A stretch of DNA of 64,000 bases. It comes from Monocercomonoides exilis PA203 (lineage: Eukaryota > Protista > Preaxostyla). The stretch is from positions 62,001 to 126,000 of the forward strand of contig LSRY02000039.1 in the NCBI GenBank assembly GCA_001643675.2, given 5' to 3'. This document shows, piece by piece, positions 47,272-59,417 of this stretch (the stretch's first letter is position 1; every line of letters starts with the position of its first letter). The notes beneath the pieces are model-generated. The model was not told the DNA's origin. It saw only the letters and a list, made by a program, of their open reading frames with translations, and searched no databases. A program made the position numbers and the translations under genes.

Positions 47272-49489
47272 GATGCACATTTGGCCATCATGAAGCATTC
47301 AGTTGTGTTTGTCAGTCCGTGTTTCCATCCATCTCAAATTTCTCACAATTCCTTTGAGGAGACTGAAACGTGAAATTGTGAGGCAATCCAAAAAAAGAAT
47401 TTGATAGAGGTTATTGCTGGCGATGCGGAAAAGGATTGAATAATTGATGCCAAGGTGGTGGAATGAATAGATGAGGGGGTGAGATGACTGTTTGATGGAG
47501 AAGCCAGCTGAGAAACTTTATTGTTTTCCTTCTTCAAATTTGAAATGGAAGAAGAAGAAGATGATGACGATGATGAGCTCACAAAAAGAGAAGAATCAGT
47601 TGGTTTGCTCATTTGACCAAGGTGATTGAAACGATGGATTTGGTGGCTGAGAAGAGCAGTTGATTGTGGGAAGATGTTCCGATTCAATGAATGGTGAGGC
47701 CTATGAAGTGTTTCCCTGTGGATGAGTCGAATGAGAAGACGCAAGATAAAGAGGCTGGGATATTCGAGAATAATTTTCATCGCTCATATCTCCAGACATT
47801 CATTCACCAACTTCATCTTTTGCCTTTTTTCTTTCTTTCTTTCTTTCTCCCTGCAACCTCCATTGGCCATAAGACAGATCATTCATTCTTCCCAGATATT
47901 TGATGTCTGCCATCAATTCTGTCTCGCTTTCTTCATCTTCAAAAATCTCTTCAGCACCTTCAACCTGTATCTCCTCATTTCCTTTCCTTTTCGCCATTTA
48001 TTTATTCTGCTTTTTCGTGCTTTCCTGTTCATTGGTTTTGCGCTCGCTCACTACTCTTCCTTTTTCCTCTCCAATCCATCTGCTCCTTTCTTTTCTTCTT
48101 CTGCTTTTCTCCGCTCCACTTGATTCAACATGATCTCGGCCTCTTTCGTCCCCTCCATGTTTCCCATCATTCGCTCGACCTCCAACCCTCGTGCTCGTCT
48201 CATGTTCTCGACCTCTTCCCCCAAAGCAAGCTCCTTCAACTGCTTTTCTGGCTGCCTTGGCAGAATAATCATCCCCATTCTTCTGTTGCTGTGGAACAAG
48301 GTTATTGTCTCGCTTTAGCTGCTGTTCTCGCCCTGTCCAATGCGTTCCTCTCATTCCAATCATCTCTTTCCTTTCCCGTCCCTCTTCATCTCCTGTGCTT
48401 TTCCACTATCCTGCACCCATTCCTCCACTCTCTCCAGAGCCAACAGCTCCAAAAGCACCCAGCGAGTGAGAATATATCCTTGTAAAACCAATCTTTGTCA
48501 TTTTAACTGCACGGAGAGGGAACGTTGTTCAATTGGTACCACCATCTTTTGGCTTGGCGGCTTCCAGAAACGCATCGTGAATGTTCTGAACCGAAATGCT
48601 CTTTTGGCACTTCCTCACAACTTCTTTGCAGTGAATCCTGTGTTGCGCAGAAAAGCGTGGGAAAGAAAAATAAAAAGGGAAAGAACGAAGGTCATTCGTG
48701 CATTTCTTTCTCCTTCACTTGCTTCCTTTGAGGTTTTTTCTTTGTTCTTTTCATTTCTTCTGATTTCAGTCATTCCTGAAAATTCCCCAATGAAAGTCGA
48801 GCAAAAAATGAAACATACTATTTTAACATTGCTGCTGTCTTCCTTTTATAATTTTTTGTTCATTCAGATTCAAGAGTGTTTCTTCCAGAATGAATTATAT
48901 GTTCATTCTTTTTCAACCTCGAAAATGAATTTTCGCAAAGTTAGTCTCAATGCCTAAATAATCAAACTGTTTTCATTTTGTAATTCTTTTGTTTCGCTTT
49001 TTGATCACGAAACTGGTGAGAAAAAAGCATTTTTTGAAAAATCATTGAAATCACGAAAAATGCTTATGGTTTCATCGAAATTAAAAACGGATTTCTTTTT
49101 TAGCAAATAAACGAAGTCATGAAGCAATAATGATACATTTTTTCATTTCAAGAAAAAACCAAAATGAAATACAAATCCTCATCAACAATCTGAAAAAAAG
49201 AAAATATGAATCTCAATTCGCTTTATTGCTCAAATGAAATGAAAACAATAAGAATATCAAATAGAATTCTTTTGGGAAAAAAAGTGTGATAAAAGCAGCA
49301 AAACAAAAAGAAAGATCACAATTTGCTTTTCTCCTGATTTTACGATGGAAAAAGTGATATAAACGGCTGGAAAAATAATGTTTTCTTCAATTGCAACATC
49401 ACCCAATCCCCATTCAATCAACGTGGATCAACAACTCCGTCAAATAGAGCGTGGAATGCAGCAATTGGCTTTCAACCATCAACCAGAAC

Positions 49490-49570
49490 AAAATCGTTGC
49501 AAGTGATGGAAGTGATGCTGATGCCTGTGGCAAGTCTCAACAGACCCCATCTGCCACCATCGAATAACCT
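49490..49570 (+). pseudogene. Relic of one ectodomain module of the giant surface-protein family
   Basis: Translates as KIVASDGSDADACGKSQQTPSATIE-stop, matching the V..G.D...CG....PC.TI module. Surrounding sequence has stops; full extent unknown. Confidence 0.45.
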
Positions 49571-51030
49571 CTCAACGGCTTCGTTTCCCTCCTCAGCTCC
49601 ACTTTTGCTCCCACCAAGACTCTCACCTTCAATTCAACTTTCACAAAAACCAACAGAAATGATGTTGTTTTTCTGATTTTTTAATAACTTCCACAATTAT
49701 TTCTTCTATTTATATTCGTATATTTTCCATATCATTGTTAAATCCATGTGCTTTCATCCTCTTTTCAACTGGCATAAATGCCACAACTTGTATTTCAAGT
49801 ATCACAGCATTGATTCAAATTAAATGTTTCTTCAAAACTTCGTCATCTTATTCGACTTCTTCATCCAATACAAACTATGCTCAAGAGAATAAAACATTCA
49901 TTGCTTTTGTCTCTTCAAAGAGCATTTTCTTCTATCATATCAGCAGATATTCTTCAAAGACATCCATTTCATCAGCTGTTCCATTCCAACTCGCCTGTGC
50001 CGATAAGTGTTGTAATCTCACACAATTCCCCTTCAAATATGAATTTTCTCTTTTCATCCTCTTTTCATCCTCTTTTCATCCTCGACACCCCGTTCAAAGC
50101 ACATAGCATCCTGAAATCTGCCAATGGTTATTTTTGAATCCATCCATTTCACAAAACAATACCTTCAACGCTCTTTCTGTTTGGATCTGCGATTCCTTCA
50201 ACCTCAAAATGAAAAGGGGGAAATCAATCTTCTTTTTTGTTGCACTCAAGCCGATCGGCTTTTCTTCGCTCAAAATGAAGAATCGCTTCCGTTTTCATTT
50301 GATTTCAGCTGATATTCTGTGATTGAACAAACATTCCTTTTGTGCTTCCGAATGGGAACGAAAGACAAGGTCTGACGCTGAATTCGAAGTTGGTTGAACG
50401 AAATGAAAAGATCAACATTATTTTTGCTGTTCATCAAAGAAGGCGATGAAGAAGAGAAGGAGAACAAGAAGATTTAGGAGGAGGAGGAAGAGGAAAAAGA
50501 AGAAGAAGATGGCAAAGATGACGAAGAAGAAAAGTTAGAAGCAATGCAATTTAATGTGAAAATAGTCGTTGTTTTGTTGATAGAAATATGCAAAAACGTT
50601 TTGCTAGTTTTTCTCTTTTAATTTTTCAATTCAATTTTCTTTTCTTTCTTCCTTTCACTCTTCTCCATTCATTTTCCCTCCTTCTTTCCTCCTCTTTTAA
50701 AGGATAATCTTTTTTCCATCTCTCTTTTCTCTGTCAAAATTCTATCCCTCTTTGCACATATTACTGATAAAATAATATTAACTTCTCATTTTCCTTCATC
50801 TTTCATGCTTCTTCTGCTGATATCCTCAAAATCCCACGTGTTAACATCCAAAAACATCTCCGGAGAATTAGAGGCAACGGAGAAATATCCCTCTTCGCTT
50901 TGTTTTCCATGCTTTAGTTTTATCTTCTGCTTCTTTTTCTTCATATCGATTTCTTCATTTTTTCTCAATTCAAATTCTCGGTTTCGTTGATCTCTTTTGG
51001 TAATTGGAATACAAAAATTTATCCAAACAT

Positions 51031-51135
51031 TTTCTTCTCTTTCTTCTCTTTCTCTTCTTTCTTCTCTTTCTCTTCTTTCTCTTCTTTCTCTTCTTTCTTC
51101 TCTTTCTTCTCTTTCTTCTCTTTCTTTTCTTTTTC
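51031..51135. repeat. 9-bp-period pyrimidine minisatellite (TTTCTTCTC / TTTCTCTTC)
   Basis: Read directly; reads as KEK/EEK repeats on the minus strand. Confidence 0.8.
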
Positions 51136-52786
51136 TTCAGTCTGCTTTCCTTTTACACAACGATTTTCCCTTGTATTCCAGTCCATCTTTGTATCTTCCC
51201 ACCTTTCTCTTCTCCTCTTTGAAGCACTCCAACTCCAACTCAAATTCTGTGACTTCACCAGAAATTGCGAATTTTTCCATAAAGGTATCAAAACGGCTGT
51301 TTCCATCAAACAATTCATAGAAGTGACAAAGAAAAAAGATAAGAAACACGAAAAGTCAGATGATTTCTTAATTTGAATGCCCAGCCAGATCATCAGCCCC
51401 GACAAAAAAGTTGCTTCAACAAGACACTCTCAACAAATATTCCAAACAAACTGCTTCTTCTTTTTCAAGATCATGTCAAGCATTGTCATGCAATGCATCA
51501 TTCAAGACAGACGGTAGATATCACGAATATCATGGTTGAATGCGATCCAATCAAGAATAATCTCAAAACTTCCGGTTCTTTTGAAAAATGTCAAGAAGGC
51601 TTCTCTTTCTCCGTGGCATTCCTGTTCATAGCCAATTTGTATTCATCGAAAGAGCACCTTTAAAGAAAAATGGACGAAACAAAAAAAGTCAAACCTTCTT
51701 TTTCGACTAGAAATATTTTCACATCACCAATTGATTGGTAATTATCAACTCATCTGGCTTTCTTGTTCTCCAAAATTGCATCTCGCCACATTAATAAACG
51801 GACAACTGGATTATAAATAGCTGGCAAAGAACATCATCGAAAGCACAGAATCCATTGTGAAACCTATCATTATATCATATGAAAATACAAATTCTCCAAA
51901 TTAACAAGAAATTAACTCCTTTTCAAAGACTTATTCAATACCATGTCTTTGCTGATAGTTTTTCTAATGGACTTCGAAAGAAATGCAAATGCGATTGTAA
52001 TTGAGGCCTGTTGAGTGCTTCGTTCAACTCGCTTCCTCCATTGTCCAACCCCTCAATTCCCTTTCCTTTTCCACGAAACCAACCTTCCCCCCCAAAAAAA
52101 TCATATTATGCAAGTCCTGCTCAAAAGGTATGTCAAGTGAAACAAATTTCCCTCGAAATGAACAAGCTATGCGATTCAATCTTTCTGGCATTTTGCTCGC
52201 TTTTTCTGCATCTTGCTTGAGTTATTTTTCATTCAAAATATAGCATTTGACGATATGCCACACATTTTGCAATTTTTCACTTCGTTCAAATTTCATGCAA
52301 TTTCCTCCACGACTTCTCTTTTCACAAGCAATCAATGCAAACAGCCACTCGCTCCTCCATCTGTTGTAAAAATCCCTGCTCTTTTGCAGCGTTATAACTC
52401 GCATGAGTGCACCTGTGGCTATGCACATAAGCAACTCAAACATGCTCCGGCTGTAGCACAGCTCCAATAAAAAATCTTCACTTATAAAATTATAGGTTCA
52501 TCTCCCTTATTTAATTGTTCAAAAAGGAGTTTTTTTAATTCAAAGATTTTCTTGTTTTGATGCAAAAATCATTGAAGACAAGAGAGGCTTAGAATCCTGT
52601 GTTATTTAAATTTTTTAATTTGGTGTTTTTAATTCTTTTGATTCGAATATTACACGGTAATCCTGAAAATGAATTTATTAATTGCTTTGGATTCATTTTG
52701 CAATTTCGCAGTCACCTTCAGATGAACAAACTTTTGTTGGCTTGTCTATGTTTCCGAGCAGATGATTGTTTATGATATTTTTTCCC

Positions 52787-55700
52787 CAATTCGCAATAGA
52801 GCGAATATCCGAACGCAAGGAGCAGGTTTGCTCCTCAATAATGAGTATTGTTCACGATTTATGGGCGGTTTAAGATCTAACTTCGCCAATACTCAAATTC
52901 AAAGTTGATCCAAATTGTCCGGAATGAAAATGAAGCAACAACCTGTTACAATAGAACACAGAGACGGCGATGGAAGTGAATTAGATCAAAATTTAACACT
53001 GGTCAAAGTGGAATATTTTAGTGAAAAATTTACCAGGATGTAAGCATGAAATTTATCATCCGGAATGGAAGAGAGTGCACAGCCGAAGATGTCGAACGGC
53101 AAGCTGCACATTGTGAAGAGATTTTATCAAGAACAGAAGCTATAAAAATCTGTGAGTTAATTATTGGAATTAGAGCCACATTGTGCAGCGAGACAATTGT
53201 CCAAACAGAAACTATAAAAAATCGAGAGATGTTTAAACAAAATGAAGATATGATATTCTATAGGCTTTAAAAAAGAATACAACTACACATTATTTTGTTT
53301 ATTTATTAGGAATAAGAACAATATATTGAAGCAAGATATCTATATATTAAGAAAGTGCTTGACATCGCAAGAATTTTAAGAGATAGATCCACAAATTGCA
53401 GAGAGATTATTTTGGAGAAAGAATTTCCTATCTAATGAAATTTCGAAACAATATAATAAATATATATAATATAGAAGAGATATATTCATATAATGCTGTG
53501 GAATTCAAATTTAAACAAAACCAACGAGAAACAACAGAATATTGATAGAATTTGTAAGGAAGAAGATCCGCGCATAGCCGCGAGATGTGAATTAATTCAG
53601 AAGTGATTATATAGCAATAATAATTTGATTACAATTTGAATATATATAATTAAAATGAGACAAAGCATTGTATCGAAATAATTACAATGAACATAATCGT
53701 GTTTAATCGTTAGACTAAGATAGACAGAGAGAAAAGAAAGAGCCGCATTTTGCCGCGAGACAGAGAGAGAAGAGAGAGCCGCGCTTTGCCGCGAGACAGA
53801 GAGAGAAGAGAGAGCCGCGCTTTGCAGCGAGACAGAGAGAGAAGAGAGAGCCGCACTTTACCGCGAGATCATGATTTGATTAAATAAAGGAGGTGCAGAG
53901 AATTGAAGCGAGAGAGGGATAAATAGAGAATCTGCTTGATATGAAAAGAAGATTTATTGTGAAAAGAGCTGCGCAGTTACGCGAGATACTGATAAATACA
54001 GTGACGAAATATTTATATTTATATAATGCAAGGATATTTGTAATAATCGATACATATATTACAGCAATGTTTTAATAAAAGGATAATTTCATTACAGTTA
54101 CAAGATAATTATTTGAAATGAAGCTGTGCATATTCGGGAGAGAGTAACAAAGAATCAAACCGAGTTGGATCTTGAGATAATGAGAAAAGAGAGAGAATAG
54201 AAAGTCGTGCTTTACCACGAGATTAAGAGAGGAGAGAGAGACCGCGTTCAATACCAAGACTATGAGAGGAGAGATAGCAGAGAACCGCGCTTCGCAGCGA
54301 GATGATAATAGAGATAGAAATCTCTGAAAATCGATTGGCTTTGCAAAGGAAATATTGACAAGCTGTATTACGAAACAATATTAAAACTGAATAAGTGAAA
54401 TATTATTAATTTATAATTCGAAATGATACGTTTCATTATAAGAGAAATTATCACATAAGGGAAACCGCTAAATATTACTGGACTGAGAGAAAAAAGAAAT
54501 TTGTGGATTGTCGCGAGATAATAGTGGAGCAACAAAAAACTGATGATCGAAAGAGTTAATATGAAGAGAGAACCGAGTTTGCTGTGAGAAAAGGAGAGAA
54601 AGAAATTGAGAGAAATGGCGATTTGATAATACTATAAGAAACAGTGCATAATTACGAGATATGTGCAGATATAGAAACAGCGAAACTTTTCCAGAAGATT
54701 GAAGAAGTGAAATCCGCGAAGAATCGCGAGGAGAAGATAGAGCATGTGACCGCGGAAGACCGCGAGAGGCGGATACAGAAAAAAAGCTGAATAGTGCAGC
54801 TGAAATATATCAAAGAAGACTTCGCATATCTCAGCAAAAATGCCGATAGACGCACTCAGCTAGACTTAGAAGAAGCGGGACTATGCACTGAGAGTGTAAA
54901 AAGTCGCAGAGACATGTCAAACATTAGCACCGAGAAGACTAGATATTATTGAAGACACCATTGCTCCGGTGCCCAGCGGAATTATTTGTAAACTATCCTC
55001 TTTAAAAAGGAAGAGAAAGATAGAATTGTTTATTTACGAGATTGAACTAGTCCATTATTGAGAAACATCGGATTGATCTCTAAAGAGGTGAGAAATGATG
55101 ACTAGAATTTTCCCCCATGAAAAATAATTAGTGTTAGACTGGAGAGGAAAATATATAAGAAGGAAACCTTTTCAAGCATGGAGAGAATACGTTGGAGCGA
55201 AGGACATATCAGCAGTAATATTGAGTAACCCAAATAGTGAAAGAGATTCAGGGAGAGCTCTGCGAAGATTTACAATTCTTGAACAAGCAAAGTTCTGGTG
55301 ATACTGACCCCCTCATTGAAAAAGATGCCAAGTGAATTATGGCAGAATTTATTGGGAACCAATCGAATACGAATTTTTCAAGTGGAGAGATCAATAAAGC
55401 TGAACGAAAAGTATTCGAGTCTATTTACATTTTCAGAGAATTTGAGACGAATGAGAAAGATATTGATTCTTCTCCTAAACTCACGTTAGAGATATGCCGA
55501 GAAGTGGAAAACAATATTGATCAATGTTGGAATTAACAATTTTAACAAAATGTGGAAAACACCACATTTAACTCAATAGACACGCAAGCATCACAGAGGA
55601 GAGCCCCTATCCTCACAGAAATTTTGTAACGTTTGAGCCAGCTGAGCTGGAGAGTTTGAGAAGGTAGTGTTCTATATTGAAAGAGAAGGCAGCATTAATT

Positions 55701-57459
55701 GAAGTGCAGATAAAGATAACATTAAGGAAGACAATAAAAATCGATATTAACAAACATTCAAACTCACTCATCGATACAGAAGAAACGCTCCAACGTGAGT
55801 TGGATTTTTCCAGGATTATTTTAAAAAGATGAACACGTGCGGTTGATATTAAAGAAGGTGAGCCTGCAAATATGCAGAGAATAAAAGAAGAGTTAGAAGC
55901 TATTCAAAAAGAGTATGAAATACACGATCATTTGACCGCGCTCTCGATTAGACATAAAGTTATAATACACATATCAAGAAGAAAATGTTGAGATTGGAAA
56001 GCGAGAAAGATACACGCAAGAGGGGAGCAAGGATCAAGAGTGGACAGAAAATTTAAAACATTTTTCTTGTTCAAGATATGAAATGGATCCTGTTGACGAT
56101 CGACTTTCAAGAACCCCCTCGCGGAGAAGAAGAAAAGTTGGATATAAGTGGAGGAATGAAGGATATGTGAATCGAGAATGCAAATTCAGAGATGAAATAT
56201 TGTATCAAATATGTATATATATATATACATATATCAGAAGCTGGGGGAGATGAAGATATGAGAAAAGGGAAGAATTTAAAGAGACAAGACTTCCTGAGCT
56301 GAGAAGAGAGAAAGTTGAGAGAAAGAACTCAATCACAACACAACTTATTCCGATCACTCGAGTGTCGGAGAACATCCCTCATAATTCCCAGCAGCGGAAG
56401 CGAACTGACTGGAAGCAGACGCACTGCCTCACAGAGAAAGAAGGGCACAGACAGGAGGAAGAATGGAGAAAGAAGTCAAGGTTATATAATAAAGAACTCA
56501 AGAGGAACGAATTCCCGGTCGAGAACACCTCGGAAACACCTCAAGAAATAAAGGGAGCAGAGACAATGGCCGCACCTTCATCCGCAGGCTCTCAACACAT
56601 CCGCCGCACGATGACGTGCTAGGCAGGAGGGTTTAAGATCATTATATATAAATAAATAAATAAAAAATTAAGTAAGAATAAATATTTAAAAAGGGATTTC
56701 AAAACTCATTATTGAGGAGCAAACCTGCTCCTTGCGTTCGGATATTCGCTCTTTTGCGAATTGATAGAACGCAGTGAGGCAGGATTTGCTCCGAAATAAT
56801 ACTAACGCGGATGGAGAGACTCAGAGCGGCTGGGTGCGTCAGAGAGAAACATATTTGGAGGAATATGACGAGAAAAAGGGCGAGATATAGAAGGATAGAG
56901 GAAAAGATCAACCGCCCGAATATATTAATGTGCACCTAGAACCTTTTTTGAGAAACATGGAAACAAATAAAAAGTTCAAGCATGATCCTACTCCTTTATA
57001 AGATTATTATTGTTTTTACAGAGAAGAATTGAATATTTAATATGCAGTGTGTGATGATTGGGGTTGCTCTGCTGATGCAGCAGAAGAGCAGGAGGCAGAG
57101 CGCATAACATGCAGTTTTCTTTTCCACGCCTCGCGGAAGCGAGAGTGGTTTTTCTTTCTGCTCCGATCAGAATACTCGCCTCACCGGATCCCTGCACTGA
57201 CTGCAGGAGAAAGCTCCGAGGGGCAATGTCCCCTGCCCTCTGGTCTTCGTGACCAAGGCAAAAAGGCGAAGTCGGCGGTGAAGTGATGCGGACAATTCAA
57301 AATACACTTATTTTTGTCTAAATGTTTTTGTCTATATTTTCATCTCGCCCTTTTTCCCACGTCATTTTGGGAGGGCGAAGTTTTCACTTAAACCGCCCAT
57401 TAATCGTGAACAATACTCATTATTTCGGAGCAAACCTGTCTCACTGCGTTCTATCAATT
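52787..57459 (+). mobile_element. DIRS-type (tyrosine-recombinase retrotransposon) architecture, apparently non-autonomous: left ITR 52787-52887, ICR 56704-56800, right ITR 57374-57459
   Basis: Left and right ends are inverted repeats with different outer tips. The internal segment equals revcomp(left tip) fused to revcomp(right tip) through AATTG, and CAATT is present at both element ends. The interior is full of stops; no RT, RNase H or recombinase motif found. Confidence 0.8.
53722..53868 (+). repeat. 36-bp tandem repeat x4 (GAGACAGAGAGAGAAGAGAGAGCCGCGCTTTGCCGC) inside the DIRS-like element
   Basis: AGCCGC recurs at 53741, 53777, 53813 and 53849. Confidence 0.9.
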
Positions 57460-57469
57460 TTTAAGAGAA

Positions 57470-58773
57470 ACTCTCGCAGTTGGAACAATTCACTGAAGCC
57501 GAGCAAAAACAGAAAATCAAAGAAACGAATGAAATAGCTGATGGAATGAATAGTTTTGAGTTGCGTTTTGTTCTCAATCTTGAAATGTTCAGCAAAATTT
57601 ATGATATGATAAAAAAAAAAAAAAGAAACTTGCATTAGGAAACGCAATTTTTGTTGCTGAAGCATGTTGGATTTTGCAAAGCGCTGAAAGGGATTTGGAT
57701 TGATTGCTTCGAGAAATCTTCGTTGATCAAAATATTCGAGAAGAAGATAATTGAAGAAGAGAAGAAAAAAGAAGAAAAGAATGAAAAGCTTTTGATCAAT
57801 CTTTGCGAATGCACTCTTTTGCTTAACGGAAAGATTTATTCGAGATTGTTTCCACTCTGTGTGACTTGTCTTCTGGCAGTTGCGATGAACAAGGAGGAAA
57901 GCAAAGGAGCACAAAAAGACGTGGAAATGGCTTTGTTGGCTTTGAGCTGGATAAATAAATATCATGTTTGAGCGTTAATGTTACACTTTTGATGTAATTG
58001 GATTGTTTTCAATCATTTTTTTCCAATAGGATGTTGAACAAGAGCTGTATTTGAATAAGATAACAGAAATAATCAAATACCATCAGGAGCATCGCAATTT
58101 GACACGACTTGCGTTTCGATCGGCTTGGAAGTTTTTGATTAGCAGGCTTTTCATAAATGAAAAATTGAACGAAGTTATTGTGAATGAGCTGCATTTTGTG
58201 AGAGAATCAGTGAGAGAACTGGGTGAGCAGACAAAAAGTGTGAACTGGAAGATAAGAGAAGAAAGAGGAAAAGAAGGGAAAGAAGCGTTTATTATCAAGA
58301 AATGGCTAAGAATATTGAATCGTTATTTTCGCCACTGTAAATTGTGGAGTGAAGAATCTGTTGAACTTATCAACAGAATTGTTCATGTATTTCGAGCGGC
58401 AAAGGATAAATCCAGAGGAATTTGCAAGGAATGCATTGAATCATTGTCAAATACAGCTAATTGCAAAGCTGTGAGTGTCGAAGGCTTATTGAAAAGTGGA
58501 GCTGTTGATACTTTTTTGGAGGGATTTCATAGACCAACAGTGAATGATAGAATGGCATATGATGACTTGCTATTCTTTTTGAATGTTGCAGAAAATTTGA
58601 AAGAAAAGGGAGATGATGAAATGGAAGAAGAAGAAAGAAAGGCAACGAAAAGAAAAGTATGTGAAAAGATGGAAGAAGAAGGATACGAAGATTACATCTC
58701 CAGCTTTCATGAGACTTTAGAGTTTTTTAAAGGAAGTAATAATTATTCATTATCATTGAATATTTCTGATTAA
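57470..58773 (+). pseudogene. Member of a lineage-expanded helical hypothetical-protein family; 5' end disrupted; intron 57966-58029
   Basis: ORFs 57651-57965 and 58030-58773 splice in frame (KDVEMALLALSWINKYH|DVEQELYLNKITEIIKYHQEHRNL). The upstream frame (EQKQKIKETNEI...MFSKIYDMI) is cut by TAG at 57636, between an A14 run and a T6 run. No clear start downstream of the DIRS-like end. Confidence 0.6.
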
Positions 58774-59417
58774 TTTGTGATTGTTTGAGAAAATAAAACT
58801 CATTATATGTTTTTACTCAAAATTGCATATTATTTAATTTTATTTAATTTAGTTTAATTTAATTTTTTTTGATTCTCACTTTTTAATAATTTGTCAAACA
58901 AAACTGTAAATACCATTTTACAAACGAATTAAAATGAATCAATATGTTATTTTCAATCTTTTCGATTTTCATTTAAAGAATAAATTGTTCAACAAAATAG
59001 ATTACGACAACCAAAAAGCATCAATTCAAAAAAAGTCAGCATAAGAAAGAATTTTTCTTTTATTTTAAATGACACACTAACTTTTTCAAAATAAATGAAA
59101 CCCACGAATACATATTCGGATAAATATAATAAATCATTGTTGAAGCGAACTGATTTGTTCACATTTCTGATTTTTCAATTTGGATTGATTTCAAAATCTT
59201 TTATTTATCAATCTTTGTCCAAAACTTGAGAAATAAAAAAAACAACGTAAAAATAACAAAAATCATATGTTAATAGTTGTCTTGTTTTTCATCCTTCTTT
59301 TGATATGTTTCTCTATATGTATTACAGCAAAGTTTGAAAAGTCTATCAATTTGTCCATCAGAAATAAATATATGGTTAAGATCGAAAAATAAAATTTTCA
59401 TTCCCTTGTATTGCGTT

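Noticed and set aside
53440-53660. TATATATAAT tracts resembling G-to-T converted GAGAGAGAAG (RIP-like hypermutation)
   Set aside because: Units could not be aligned reliably enough to show a directional bias.
53722-53868. 36-bp repeats as a possible CRISPR array
   Set aside because: Units are head-to-tail with no unique spacers, there are no cas genes, and the context is eukaryotic.
54800-56640. Search for RT (YxDD), RNase H or tyrosine-recombinase (R-H-R-Y) motifs in the DIRS-like interior
   Set aside because: None recognisable by eye; only short interrupted frames, so no CDS was called.
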